Positions 28,621 to 37,874 of a stretch of DNA of 64,000 nt are shown here, piece after piece. Position 1 is the stretch's first letter, and each line of letters begins with the position of its first letter. Source of the stretch: an uncultured Gammaproteobacteria bacterium (GTDB taxonomy: Bacteria > Patescibacteriota > Microgenomatia > Levybacterales > GWA1-39-11); NCBI GenBank assembly GCA_964472415.1, contig CAYYLC010000001.1, positions 67,269 through 131,268 of the forward strand, in the 5' to 3' direction. Position numbers and translations under genes: made by a program. The notes under the pieces are model-generated. The model was not told where the DNA came from. It was given only the letters and a program-made list of their open reading frames with translations, and ran no database searches.

Positions 28621-29473
28621 GAAGGGTCTTTCGTATAGAAAACTTCACGAGAAGTGGTCAGAATTGCAAAAAGAACAACAGAAGAAGATAATAGATACTC
28701 ATAAGGAAGCATTTGATCATATTTCTCAAAATTCTAAACAGTATGCGATTGGAGCGATTAGCGGCTTGATGCTTTTAGGATACCCGTTAAATCCCCAATT
28801 GGACTCAGGTGCGCAAATCGCAAAATACGAAAAAGTAAATAAGAACTTATTTCTCGTTTCCGATTTAGAGGATTTACTTCCTGATGATATTAGAGTTCTT
28901 ACTGATGATGAAAACATACAGATTACGAGAAAGTTGAGCGATTTTTATGGCATGGATATTCAGTATGAGCTTGAGAGTAAGCGCTTGAATAGAACATATG
29001 GCTATATTGGTGCAGAGCAGCATTTAATGCGATATCCGGGAGACACAGAGGCTACTCATTTCCAGACAGCAGAAGAAGCCGAAGAGTTTATGTCATCAGG
29101 GCTTGCGCCAGGGAGGGGTGCGTGGGGATATTTCGCAAATTCGGCTCATGCATTAACTCAAGAAGATATTGAGCGGGAAAAATACTATATTGCTGTTCAA
29201 ACGTTTTTGGCGCCTGATTATATGAGCCGTGTTGGGGAATATAGAGATTTCTTTAAATATCGAAAGATGCTTCTCGTAAATCCGCATAATGGCCGTTCAA
29301 TTGTAGTTGTAATTGGGGATGCGGGGCCTGGGAAATCGACTGGGAAGCATTTGGGTGGATCTCCTGAAGTAATGCGACATTTGGAGCGATATGATGGTGG
29401 TCAGAAAGGGCCTGTTTTGTTTTATTTTATAAATGATCCTGAAGATAAAATTCCGTTGGGGCCGCTAGAATAA
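28613..29473 (+). CDS. Conserved hypothetical protein with a C-terminal RlpA-like double-psi beta-barrel-like segment
   Basis: LLVNPHNGRSIVVVIGDAGP..LGGSPEVMRHL resembles the RlpA motif V.N..NG+.V.V.I.DRGP..IDLS. Confidence 0.5.
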   Translation: MNKKGLSYRKLHEKWSELQKEQQKKIIDTHKEAFDHISQNSKQYAIGAISGLMLLGYPLNPQLDSGAQIAKYEKVNKNLFLVSDLEDLLPDDIRVLTDDENIQITRKLSDFYGMDIQYELESKRLNRTYGYIGAEQHLMRYPGDTEATHFQTAEEAEEFMSSGLAPGRGAWGYFANSAHALTQEDIEREKYYIAVQTFLAPDYMSRVGEYRDFFKYRKMLLVNPHNGRSIVVVIGDAGPGKSTGKHLGGSPEVMRHLERYDGGQKGPVLFYFINDPEDKIPLGPLE

Positions 29474-29475
29474 TT

Positions 29476-29802
29476 ATGAAAGATAAATTTTATAGTCATA
29501 TTTTACACATAGAGCCAGTATATGAGAAGTTTTTAGAGATTGAGGTTGATCATGCTGAAAAAGAAGAGCTCTTGTATCTCCTTCATTCTCACATTCATTT
29601 TACGGTTATTGATGTGATTTTGTCTGAGCTTTCTAGTGACAAGAAGAAGGAATTTTTATACTTGATTGTTATTCAGGAAGACCATGTTGGTGCGTGGGAT
29701 TTTGTGTTGACAAATATTTCGGATGGTGAGGAAAGATTACGGAGTGTAGCTTGTGGTATTGTTGAGGACTTTGTGAAAGATTTAGAAGATCATATTGAAT
29801 AA
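29476..29802 (+). CDS. Hypothetical protein
   Basis: 108-aa ORF tightly packed in the operon. Confidence 0.65.
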   Translation: MKDKFYSHILHIEPVYEKFLEIEVDHAEKEELLYLLHSHIHFTVIDVILSELSSDKKKEFLYLIVIQEDHVGAWDFVLTNISDGEERLRSVACGIVEDFVKDLEDHIE

Positions 29803-29846
29803 TTTTTTTCCTCATAAAAAACTTCTATTTGTGGTACAGTGATATT

Positions 29847-30245
29847 ATGAGCCGGAGGAGACGAATCGAAGTGCAAACGAAAGAAGAAAAGCAGCATAAA
29901 AAAGAAGAGCAAATAGATGCACAGTGGAGCATTAAGCGAGTCATAATTTTTCTAACGATTGTGGGCATAGGAATACTCTTGCTGTATATGTTCGTGGAGA
30001 GTAGGGTCGGAAAAGTTTTGGGCGAGCAAGATGCGCGTGAAAATATTTCTCCACAGATTGAGTTACTGAAGGGAGATGATGTAGAGAGGATTATTCAGGA
30101 TGCTGAGCAGAGCGTTTCAAATATTGATGCACAAAATATAATAGCATCGCAACCTCAGATTCAGCGTGCAATTGAGCAGTTAGAAAAATTAACAAATGAA
30201 GATCACTTTAGGGATGTCTTTTGTTCATCAGTGTGTGGAAAATAG
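29847..30245 (+). CDS. Membrane-anchored hypothetical protein
   Basis: Basic N-terminus, TM, GKVLG, C-terminal CSSVC. Start set at ATG 29847, 6 nt after TGGTACAGT. Confidence 0.7.
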   Translation: MSRRRRIEVQTKEEKQHKKEEQIDAQWSIKRVIIFLTIVGIGILLLYMFVESRVGKVLGEQDARENISPQIELLKGDDVERIIQDAEQSVSNIDAQNIIASQPQIQRAIEQLEKLTNEDHFRDVFCSSVCGK

Positions 30246-30285
30246 TTCTTGCTTTTTAATCTCGGACATAATTAAGATAAAATAG

Positions 30286-31551
30286 ATGTCTATAACAGAT
30301 GTAGCACAGTTAAGTGATCGGAAGATAATACGAGTTCTTGTTTCTTCCCCGAAAGGTCGGAGCGAATTCTTCAAAAAAATTCCTGTAAAACGCCAAGGAT
30401 ATATTCTCCTCATGCTTTCTCCTCGAATTCAGCGTGATATTCTCAAAAAAATTTCTGACAGCGAAGTAATTAGTCTTTTGAATCCGTTAGATCCGGATAA
30501 GGCAGCAGATATTGTTCGACTCCTTCAAGATTCTCGTGCAGAAAAAATTGCAAATAAATTGAGTGAAAGCCTGAAAGAAAAAGTACAATTTCTCCTAAAA
30601 TTTAATCCCAAAGCAGCTGCTGGTTTGATGAATTTAAATTATGTTATTTTTCCAAAAAATACCAAGATAGATAAGATTATAAATGAGGTTACAGATTATG
30701 AAGAAAAAACAAGTAAATTCCCTGCGATTCTTATTGTAGAAGGGGGAAAGCTGCTTGGAGAGATACCTGGTTCACAGCTTGCACTTCATAGGAGTAATGA
30801 AATTCAAGATAAGCAAATTCGAAAAATTCCTTCGATTCGATATGATAGTGAGGTAGATAAAGTTGTGCGATCTTTTATTCGGCATCCACGAAATAAAGTT
30901 GTGGTGATGGATAATGATGATAGCATTTTAGGTATTATTCATTCCAATGATATCTTGCGTCTTATGGATAAGCATGCGATGCGAGATCTGTATGGATTTG
31001 CCGGAGTCGATACTGAGGAGAGTGCGCTTGATTCTCCCCTTACAAAAGTAAAATTCCGCTATAAGTGGCTTATTATTAATCTTGGAACTGCCTTCTTCGC
31101 AGCGTCAGTTGTGGGATTATTTGAGACGACAATCTCTGAATTTACCTTACTTGCTGTATACATGCCAATAGTAGCTGGAATGGGAGGAAATGCAGGAACT
31201 CAAGCACTCGCAGTCGCAGTCCGAGGTTTGGTTCTGAAAGAAATAGCATTGAAAACTGGGAAAAAACTTATCTGGAATGAAATGGTTAGCGGAGCGATGA
31301 ATGGGTTGATCAATGGTGTGATTGTGGCAGGTATTGCGACATTTATTAACCAAAGTCCTGCTTTGGGGCTTGTTCTTGCAGTCGCGATGGTGATAAACCT
31401 TATCGTAGCAGGATTTTTTGGAGCACTTGTTCCTATGATTATGAAGTCGCTCGGAAAAGATCCTGCCTCATCAGCCACAATATTTATTACAACTGCTACT
31501 GATGTTATTGGATTTTTCGTATTCCTCGGACTTGCAAGCCTCATCCTCTAA
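30286..31551 (+). CDS. mgtE: Magnesium transporter MgtE
   Basis: CBS domains; PIVAGMGGNAGTQA, DPASSATIFITTATDVIGFF. Confidence 0.93.
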   Translation: MSITDVAQLSDRKIIRVLVSSPKGRSEFFKKIPVKRQGYILLMLSPRIQRDILKKISDSEVISLLNPLDPDKAADIVRLLQDSRAEKIANKLSESLKEKVQFLLKFNPKAAAGLMNLNYVIFPKNTKIDKIINEVTDYEEKTSKFPAILIVEGGKLLGEIPGSQLALHRSNEIQDKQIRKIPSIRYDSEVDKVVRSFIRHPRNKVVVMDNDDSILGIIHSNDILRLMDKHAMRDLYGFAGVDTEESALDSPLTKVKFRYKWLIINLGTAFFAASVVGLFETTISEFTLLAVYMPIVAGMGGNAGTQALAVAVRGLVLKEIALKTGKKLIWNEMVSGAMNGLINGVIVAGIATFINQSPALGLVLAVAMVINLIVAGFFGALVPMIMKSLGKDPASSATIFITTATDVIGFFVFLGLASLIL

Positions 31552-31594
31552 ATTTTTCGCAAGAAATTATTTATTCTGATACAATTGCCTCATT

Positions 31595-32599
31595 ATGCAA
31601 GACAAAAACGAAAGGGCAGAACTTCTTCTCAAAAAACTAGATCTAGAGAATAAAAAGTTTCGTTTTAAAGAAATTGAGACGATGTCTACAGATCCGGAAT
31701 TTTGGAAAGATACCACAAGGGCAGCATCTCTGATGAAGGAAATGGGAAGGATTCAGAAGGAGATAGAAACAGCAAAAAAAATTCAGGAAATGATCGATAC
31801 TGGTTTGGTTGAAGGGTTAGATGAGTTGGTTTCTGAGATTGAAAAAAATGTCTACTTTTCAGGAAGATTTGATAAAGGGAGTGCGATAGTATCTATTCAC
31901 GCTGGACAGGGGGGTGTAGATGCGATGGATTGGGCACAAATGCTGTTTCGGATGTATCAGCGCTATTTTGAAAAAAAAGGATTTCGAGTAGAGATTATTG
32001 ACGAAAGTAAAGGAGAAGAGGCTGGGATTAAGAGTGTTGTGATGATTGTGGAGGGGGATTTTGTTTATGGATATTTGAAGCAGGAAAGCGGGACACACCG
32101 GCTTGTTAGACTTTCACCATTCAATTCAGACAATCTTAGGCATACATCCTTTGCTCTTGTTGAAGTGTTACCATATGAAGGAGATGAAAGTGAAATTATA
32201 ATAAGAGACGATGATATAGAATGGGATTTTTATCGGGCTTCTTCTCAAGGAGGACAAAATGTGCAGAAGGTCTCGAGTGCAGTTCGACTTACGCATAAGC
32301 CAACTGGGATTGTAGTAACATGTCAAACAGAGAGATATCAAAACCAAAATAGAGAATATGCTATGAAAATCCTTAAATCAAAGCTCGCGATTTTAGAAGA
32401 AGAGAAAAAGAAAGCTGAAGAGCAAAAATTAAAAGGAGAGTATAAAAGTGCTTCATGGGGAAATCAAATTAGGAATTATGTGCTACATCCTTATAAGCTT
32501 GTTAAGGATACGAGAACAAAGGTAGAGACCTCTGATGTAGAAGGTGTTCTCGATGGAAATATTGATATATTTATTGAGGCTGAGTTGAAGGTGGAGTGA
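31595..32599 (+). CDS. prfB: Peptide chain release factor 2 (no internal frameshift)
   Basis: HRLVRLSPF (SPF motif), GGQNV, SWGNQIRNYVLHPY; the ORF is continuous. Confidence 0.96.
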   Translation: MQDKNERAELLLKKLDLENKKFRFKEIETMSTDPEFWKDTTRAASLMKEMGRIQKEIETAKKIQEMIDTGLVEGLDELVSEIEKNVYFSGRFDKGSAIVSIHAGQGGVDAMDWAQMLFRMYQRYFEKKGFRVEIIDESKGEEAGIKSVVMIVEGDFVYGYLKQESGTHRLVRLSPFNSDNLRHTSFALVEVLPYEGDESEIIIRDDDIEWDFYRASSQGGQNVQKVSSAVRLTHKPTGIVVTCQTERYQNQNREYAMKILKSKLAILEEEKKKAEEQKLKGEYKSASWGNQIRNYVLHPYKLVKDTRTKVETSDVEGVLDGNIDIFIEAELKVE

Positions 32600-32639
32600 A
32601 TTCTTGTAAAAAAAAGTGATTTGTGATTTACTGTAATCT

Positions 32640-33131
32640 ATGGAAAATAGAACTATTTCCCCAAATAGAAAGATCATGCATTCGCTAGACGATACTGATA
32701 GAAAGAAAAAAAGTGGTTTATTTGGGAAATCTACCAATCTTGTCTCAATACTCCTTATCCTCGCGCTTGGTATTGGAAGCGGGTTTCTTATCGCGCAAAT
32801 CACTATCGCAACTGGAGTTACAAGTAAGCCTGTGCAAGTCAATGAGCTGAGTGAAGATGCACAGATAGAGAAAGGACTTATAGTAGGGGCAGATGATAAG
32901 CGCCAGTTTCCTGATGAGGCAGAGGGGGTGTTAGAAGAAGGGGGAATTGAGGGTGAAGGAACTCATCACCTCGTACGTCCTGGAGGAGAATCTCAAAGCG
33001 TATATCTGACTTCTTCAAACGTTGACCTCGGTAGATTTGTCGGGAGGACAGTAAAGGTTAATGGGAAAACATTTGATGCAGAGAAGGCTGGGTGGCTTAT
33101 GGATGTTGGTCAGCTTGAGGTTCTTAAGTAA
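32640..33131 (+). CDS. Membrane-anchored hypothetical protein
   Basis: TM helix then FPDEAEGVLEEGGIEGEGTHHLVRPGGESQSVYLTSS, a beta-rich domain. Confidence 0.75.
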   Translation: MENRTISPNRKIMHSLDDTDRKKKSGLFGKSTNLVSILLILALGIGSGFLIAQITIATGVTSKPVQVNELSEDAQIEKGLIVGADDKRQFPDEAEGVLEEGGIEGEGTHHLVRPGGESQSVYLTSSNVDLGRFVGRTVKVNGKTFDAEKAGWLMDVGQLEVLK

Positions 33132-33176
33132 TCTGCTCTTTTATGAATTTATTTCGTTGGCAATTTTTGATTTTAA

Positions 33177-33944
33177 ATGATTAGATTTCAGAACGTTTCC
33201 AAAACTTACTACAATTCCAAAGCACTTGATAATTTGAGTTTTCATGTCGAGCAGGGGAAGCTTGTGCTTCTTGTAGGTCCTACTGGTTCTGGAAAAACGA
33301 CGATTTTTCGTCTTATTATACGAGATCTAGACCCTACGGAAGGAGAGATAAGTATTGGGGAAATTGATGTACATAAATTGCATAAGTCTAAAATTCGTCA
33401 TCTGAGACGAAAAGTGGGAGTTGTTTTTCAAGATTTGAAATTATTGTTCGATAGAACTGTTGTAGAAAATGTTATGCTGCCATTAGAATTTTCCGGAGTT
33501 TCTGAGAAAGAAGCAAGAAAGCGCGCTGAAGAGGTGCTTTCAGAAGTTGGTCTTTCGAAGAAAATTGAACATTTTCCACTGCAGCTTTCTGGAGGAGAGC
33601 GTCAAAGAGTCGCGATTGCTCGTGCACTTGTCTTTAATCCTGAGGTGATTCTTGCAGATGAGCCGACGGGAAATTTGGATTTGAATACCTCAATGCAGAT
33701 TTTTGAATTACTAGAAAGAATAAATCAGCGTGGGACGACTATCTTTATGGCAACGCACAACGATCATATAATAGATAAATCAGGATATCGGGTACTCCAT
33801 ATTGAAAATGGATTTTTGAAATCAGACAAAAAATCAACTCAAAAAGAGGCAAAAAAAAATGAGGATCCAGAAAAAGGAGTTGAGAAGAATGATGCAGGAA
33901 AGAGTGAAAAAAAAGTAGACCTTGAATCATTGAAGCAAAAATAA
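33177..33944 (+). CDS. ftsE: Cell division ATP-binding protein FtsE
   Basis: GPTGSGKT, VVFQDLKLL, LSGGERQRVAIARA, LADEPTGNLD; directly upstream of ftsX. Confidence 0.93.
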   Translation: MIRFQNVSKTYYNSKALDNLSFHVEQGKLVLLVGPTGSGKTTIFRLIIRDLDPTEGEISIGEIDVHKLHKSKIRHLRRKVGVVFQDLKLLFDRTVVENVMLPLEFSGVSEKEARKRAEEVLSEVGLSKKIEHFPLQLSGGERQRVAIARALVFNPEVILADEPTGNLDLNTSMQIFELLERINQRGTTIFMATHNDHIIDKSGYRVLHIENGFLKSDKKSTQKEAKKNEDPEKGVEKNDAGKSEKKVDLESLKQK

Positions 33945-33947
33945 TTT

Positions 33948-34811
33948 ATGTATTTACGAACAGTTGCACGATATATTAGGCGTTCTCCGTATCAGGCGGT
34001 TGCAGCAATCCTGATTATGGGTCTTACGTTTTTAACGGTTTCAGTGTTTGCGATTATAACGATTTTATCAATTCGGATTATTGACTATTTTGAATCGAGG
34101 CCGCAGATTAGTGTTTTTTTTGAACCAGAAACTCCTCAAGAAAAGATTGAGAGCGCGCGTCAGCAAATTGAAGCGACAGGGAAAACTTCTGAGATTAAGT
34201 TTATCTCGCAAGAAGAAGCGTTGGTGATTTATCGAGAGTTTAATAAGGATGAGCCTTTGCTTGTTGAGTTGGTATCTGCAGATATTTTGCCACCATCACT
34301 GGATGTGAAAGCGGATGTTGTGACTGATTTACCAGAGCTTGCACAAATTGCACAAGAGTCTGAAGGGGTTGATCGAGTGATATTCCAGCAGGATATCGTG
34401 GACACACTGAGCCAGTGGACGAACGCATTTCGACAGGTTGGCCTATTCATCATTTTTGTTCTAACTGTTGTTTCGATTTTTGTAATCTTAACTATTATCG
34501 GGATTAAGATTACAATTCGGCGGGGAGAAATAGAGATTATGAAGCTTATTGGTGCATCAGACTGGTTTATTCGTACGCCGTTTATTCTAGAAGGAGTGTT
34601 CTATTCTGTTTTTGGGGCGCTGATAGGGTGGGGAGTATCATATGCTGCATTAATGACTTTTGGTCAGGCAGGATTGCAGGCATATTTTTCAGGTGTTCCT
34701 ATTTTAATAGAGCCTGTGCATATGCTTATAGTGCTTGGAATTGAGGTAATTGCTGCAATACTCCTCGGAGCATTCGCAAGTTTTCTTGCAGTACTGCGGT
34801 ATCTGAAATAA
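33948..34811 (+). CDS. ftsX: Cell division permease FtsX
   Basis: Four TM helices; RRGEIEIMKLIGASDWFIRTPFILEG. Confidence 0.93.
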   Translation: MYLRTVARYIRRSPYQAVAAILIMGLTFLTVSVFAIITILSIRIIDYFESRPQISVFFEPETPQEKIESARQQIEATGKTSEIKFISQEEALVIYREFNKDEPLLVELVSADILPPSLDVKADVVTDLPELAQIAQESEGVDRVIFQQDIVDTLSQWTNAFRQVGLFIIFVLTVVSIFVILTIIGIKITIRRGEIEIMKLIGASDWFIRTPFILEGVFYSVFGALIGWGVSYAALMTFGQAGLQAYFSGVPILIEPVHMLIVLGIEVIAAILLGAFASFLAVLRYLK

Positions 34812-34820
34812 ACTGTTTTT

Positions 34821-36053
34821 ATGAAGTTTACATTTCGACACATACTCAGTAGTTTTTTTCTCGCTTTTTTGTTTATTTTTGTTGCAAATTCTGTTATGGG
34901 GCAAACACTTACCCCTACGCCTACGGAAGAGCAGGAGAATAAAGATGATGATGAGAAGGATAAGCAATCAAATTTAGAGGATATTCAGAAGAAGATTAGT
35001 GAATACGAAAAAAAAGTAACAGAGCTTCAGAATGAAGCAAAAAGTCTCTCTTCCCAAATTCAAATCGTAGATAGTCAGATTTCACTTGCAGAATTAAGAA
35101 TTCAAGAGACTGAAGAAAAGCTTGATAATCTCCAGAAAGATATAGACATTACAGAAGATAAGATTTATAACCTTGAAGGAAATCTTGAAGGTATTTCTAA
35201 GGCGCTTTTGAATCGGATTGTAGGATCTTATAAATATGGAGAAGTAGAGCCGTGGGAAGTTTTGTTTACGTCTAAAAATATTGAAGATTTTTTTACGAGG
35301 ATTAAGTATCTTAAAATTGTCCAGCATTATGATCAGAAAAATATGTTGGAAGCTGAGCAGTCTAAGGTAAGCTATGCGAATCAGCAAGATATTCTCGTAG
35401 AAAAGCAGGAAGAGGCAGAGGCTCTGCATGATCAGCTTGATAGCTATAACCAGCAGCTTGAAACAGAGCGTGCAGCAAAAGATCATCTTTTGGCAGAGAC
35501 TCGAGGGAGTGAGGTAGTATATCAAGGCTTACTTGCTGAGGCGCGTGCAGAATACGCATCTATTCAAGGAATTATTGCGGGACGTGGAACTGAAGTGAAA
35601 GTTGGTTCGGTAAGCGAAGGAGATAGGATTGCCTCAATTATTCAGGGTGCTTCTTGTAATTCTTCGGGAACGCATTTGCATTTTATCGTAAGTTCTGGTG
35701 GTTCATCGCGAAATCCATTGAGCTATCTTTCATCGATTAGTCATGTAAATTATACTGGTGGAGATCCCTTTAATCCGTCTGGATCATGGCGCTGGCCAAT
35801 AGCAGAGACTATCCAATACAATCAAGGATACGGTGAAACTTGGGCGGTAAGAAATACTTGGGTAGGAAGTGTGTATAGATTTCATGACGGTATTGATATC
35901 GGGACAAATGGATCACAAACAGTACGCGCTGTAAAAGACGGAGCTCTTTATCAAGGAAGTTACGCTGGTTCTGGAGGATGCAGGTTGCGCTATGTAAGAG
36001 TTGCTCATGATGAAGGTGGATATGATACGTTTTATTTGCATGTAAATTATTAA
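34821..36053 (+). CDS. FtsEX-associated coiled-coil peptidoglycan hydrolase with a circularly permuted M23 domain
   Basis: Signal peptide and PcsB/CwlO-like coiled coil, then SSGTHLHF..RNP occurring before WP..HDGID..YLH at the C-terminus. Confidence 0.85.
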   Translation: MKFTFRHILSSFFLAFLFIFVANSVMGQTLTPTPTEEQENKDDDEKDKQSNLEDIQKKISEYEKKVTELQNEAKSLSSQIQIVDSQISLAELRIQETEEKLDNLQKDIDITEDKIYNLEGNLEGISKALLNRIVGSYKYGEVEPWEVLFTSKNIEDFFTRIKYLKIVQHYDQKNMLEAEQSKVSYANQQDILVEKQEEAEALHDQLDSYNQQLETERAAKDHLLAETRGSEVVYQGLLAEARAEYASIQGIIAGRGTEVKVGSVSEGDRIASIIQGASCNSSGTHLHFIVSSGGSSRNPLSYLSSISHVNYTGGDPFNPSGSWRWPIAETIQYNQGYGETWAVRNTWVGSVYRFHDGIDIGTNGSQTVRAVKDGALYQGSYAGSGGCRLRYVRVAHDEGGYDTFYLHVNY

Positions 36054-36090
36054 AGGAGTAATTTAATAATAGTGCTGAGTAGATACGTGT

Positions 36091-36891
36091 ATGTATAGAG
36101 GGTTTTTATGGGTAGGATTTATTGTATATTTTCTCCTCCTTCCTGTTAAAAGTTTTGCCCAATCAGTAGTGATTAATGAAATATTTGCAAATCCAGAGAA
36201 TGAAGACGACGAGTTTGTTGAGCTTTATAATATATCAGATGAAGAGAGAGATATCAGTTCTTGGGAGGTTTCTGATTTAGCGAAATCGTATATAATCCCT
36301 GAAGGTAAGATTTCAGGAAAAGGATTTTTCCTCCTTGAGAAGAATTTGACGGGAATTGCGCTAAATAATTCAAGTGAAACTATAACCATAAAAGATAATA
36401 GTGGTAATATTATCCAGGAATTTTCGTATGAAGAGACAATAGAGGAAAAGTCTTGGGCACGGGTCCCTGATGGAACAGGAGAATTTGTTAATAATTCATC
36501 CCCTACAAAACTTTCCGCAAACCTGCATCCTCCTACAAACACTCCGAAACCTACCTATACTCCTAAGCCAATCGCTACTCCAAAACCCACAAAGAAAATT
36601 ACCCCCATGAGAAGTCCTACGCAAATTAACACTATAGATACTTCGCGGCTTGCTACAGGAAAACCATCTCTCACGAAGAAGCCTAGTCGCGTATCAACAA
36701 GCTCTAGTATTGCTCAAAATGTGCAAGGTGTTTCTCGTACTGACAAGAAAGAAGATATGGTTGAAATTCCACAAGATAAAACATCTCCCGCATATTTGTA
36801 TTCTCTAATTACTGGATTTGGGATGCTAATCCTTGCGTGTGCTATACTTCTTTTCAGAAAATTCAAACGTAATGATGAGGAAGATTTTTAA
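36091..36891 (+). CDS. Secreted lamin-tail-domain protein with a Pro/Thr-rich linker and C-terminal TM anchor
   Basis: VVINEIFANP..EFVELYN..LNNSSETI..SWARVPDG; TPKP repeats; C-terminal hydrophobic helix plus basic residues. Confidence 0.85.
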   Translation: MYRGFLWVGFIVYFLLLPVKSFAQSVVINEIFANPENEDDEFVELYNISDEERDISSWEVSDLAKSYIIPEGKISGKGFFLLEKNLTGIALNNSSETITIKDNSGNIIQEFSYEETIEEKSWARVPDGTGEFVNNSSPTKLSANLHPPTNTPKPTYTPKPIATPKPTKKITPMRSPTQINTIDTSRLATGKPSLTKKPSRVSTSSSIAQNVQGVSRTDKKEDMVEIPQDKTSPAYLYSLITGFGMLILACAILLFRKFKRNDEEDF

Positions 36892-37300
36892 ATCAAAATT
36901 TCTTGAAGATACGAAAAAAATAGCGATAAGTGTTGCTGATTCATTGGGATCCTATCGAGTTATTTGTCTATACGGAGAAATGGGTGCGGGGAAAACGACA
37001 TTTGTGAAAGCATTTGCAAAACATTTGGGAGTTTCCTCTCGAGTACTTTCTCCAACATATACTTTCGTTAGAAGATATGAATTTGGAAGCAAGAAGCTCT
37101 ATCATGTTGATGCATATAGAATAGAGGATTCACAGAGTGATATCGAATCTTTAGCAGAGATTATTTCTCAGGATAATACAATCGTTTTGATAGAATGGGC
37201 AGAAAAGATTCAAAAAATATTGCCTGAGGAGCGAATCGATATAGAATTTTCGTATAATAGAGATAATGTACGAGAAATTATCATTACAAAAAAAGGTTGA
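36872..37300 (+). CDS. tsaE: t6A biosynthesis ATPase TsaE
   Basis: LYGEMGAGKTTF, SPTYT, YHVDAYRI, LIEWAE. Confidence 0.95.
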   Translation: MMRKIFKSKFLEDTKKIAISVADSLGSYRVICLYGEMGAGKTTFVKAFAKHLGVSSRVLSPTYTFVRRYEFGSKKLYHVDAYRIEDSQSDIESLAEIISQDNTIVLIEWAEKIQKILPEERIDIEFSYNRDNVREIIITKKG

Positions 37301-37874
37301 TAAAAAGCAAATTACGGCATATTTAAGGCAAGGAAAAATAGGTCTGTTCCCGACGGATACCGTGTATGGGGTATGCTGTAGGGTGGATGACAGTGGTGCA
37401 GTTGAACGAATCTTTCAGATAAAGAGAAGAGAAAAAGAAAAGCCAGTTCTTATTCTATCGGATACATTTGAAAGAGCTAAAAAGTATATAAAAAACTATA
37501 ATATTGATTTTCAAAAAAAACAAATCATTGAAAAGTATTGGCCAGGACCTTTGACAATCGTTTTTCCAGCAAATCTTAAGAAAGTTCCTAGTATTGTGCG
37601 AGCTGGAGGTGATACTATTGCGATACGAATTCCTGATAAAGATGATCTCCGCGAAGTTATTGAAGAGCTTGGCGTGCCGATTGTTGCGCCATCTGCAAAT
37701 TTATCCGGTGGTAAAACATTCTCAAGTCTCGCTCGAATTGATGAAAAAATCCTTAGTGGTGTTGACTTTATTGTAGATGGTGAGTGTACAATAAAGTCTG
37801 CATCAACAATTATAGATTTTTCAAAAGATAAAATTGAAATTCTCAGACATGGTGCTCTCGATTTATCATTATGA
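37266..37874 (+). CDS. tsaC: Threonylcarbamoyl-AMP synthase (TsaC/YrdC domain)
   Basis: FPTDTVYG, IKRREKEKP, WPGPLT, APSANLSG, STIID. Confidence 0.93.
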   Translation: MYEKLSLQKKVDKKQITAYLRQGKIGLFPTDTVYGVCCRVDDSGAVERIFQIKRREKEKPVLILSDTFERAKKYIKNYNIDFQKKQIIEKYWPGPLTIVFPANLKKVPSIVRAGGDTIAIRIPDKDDLREVIEELGVPIVAPSANLSGGKTFSSLARIDEKILSGVDFIVDGECTIKSASTIIDFSKDKIEILRHGALDLSL

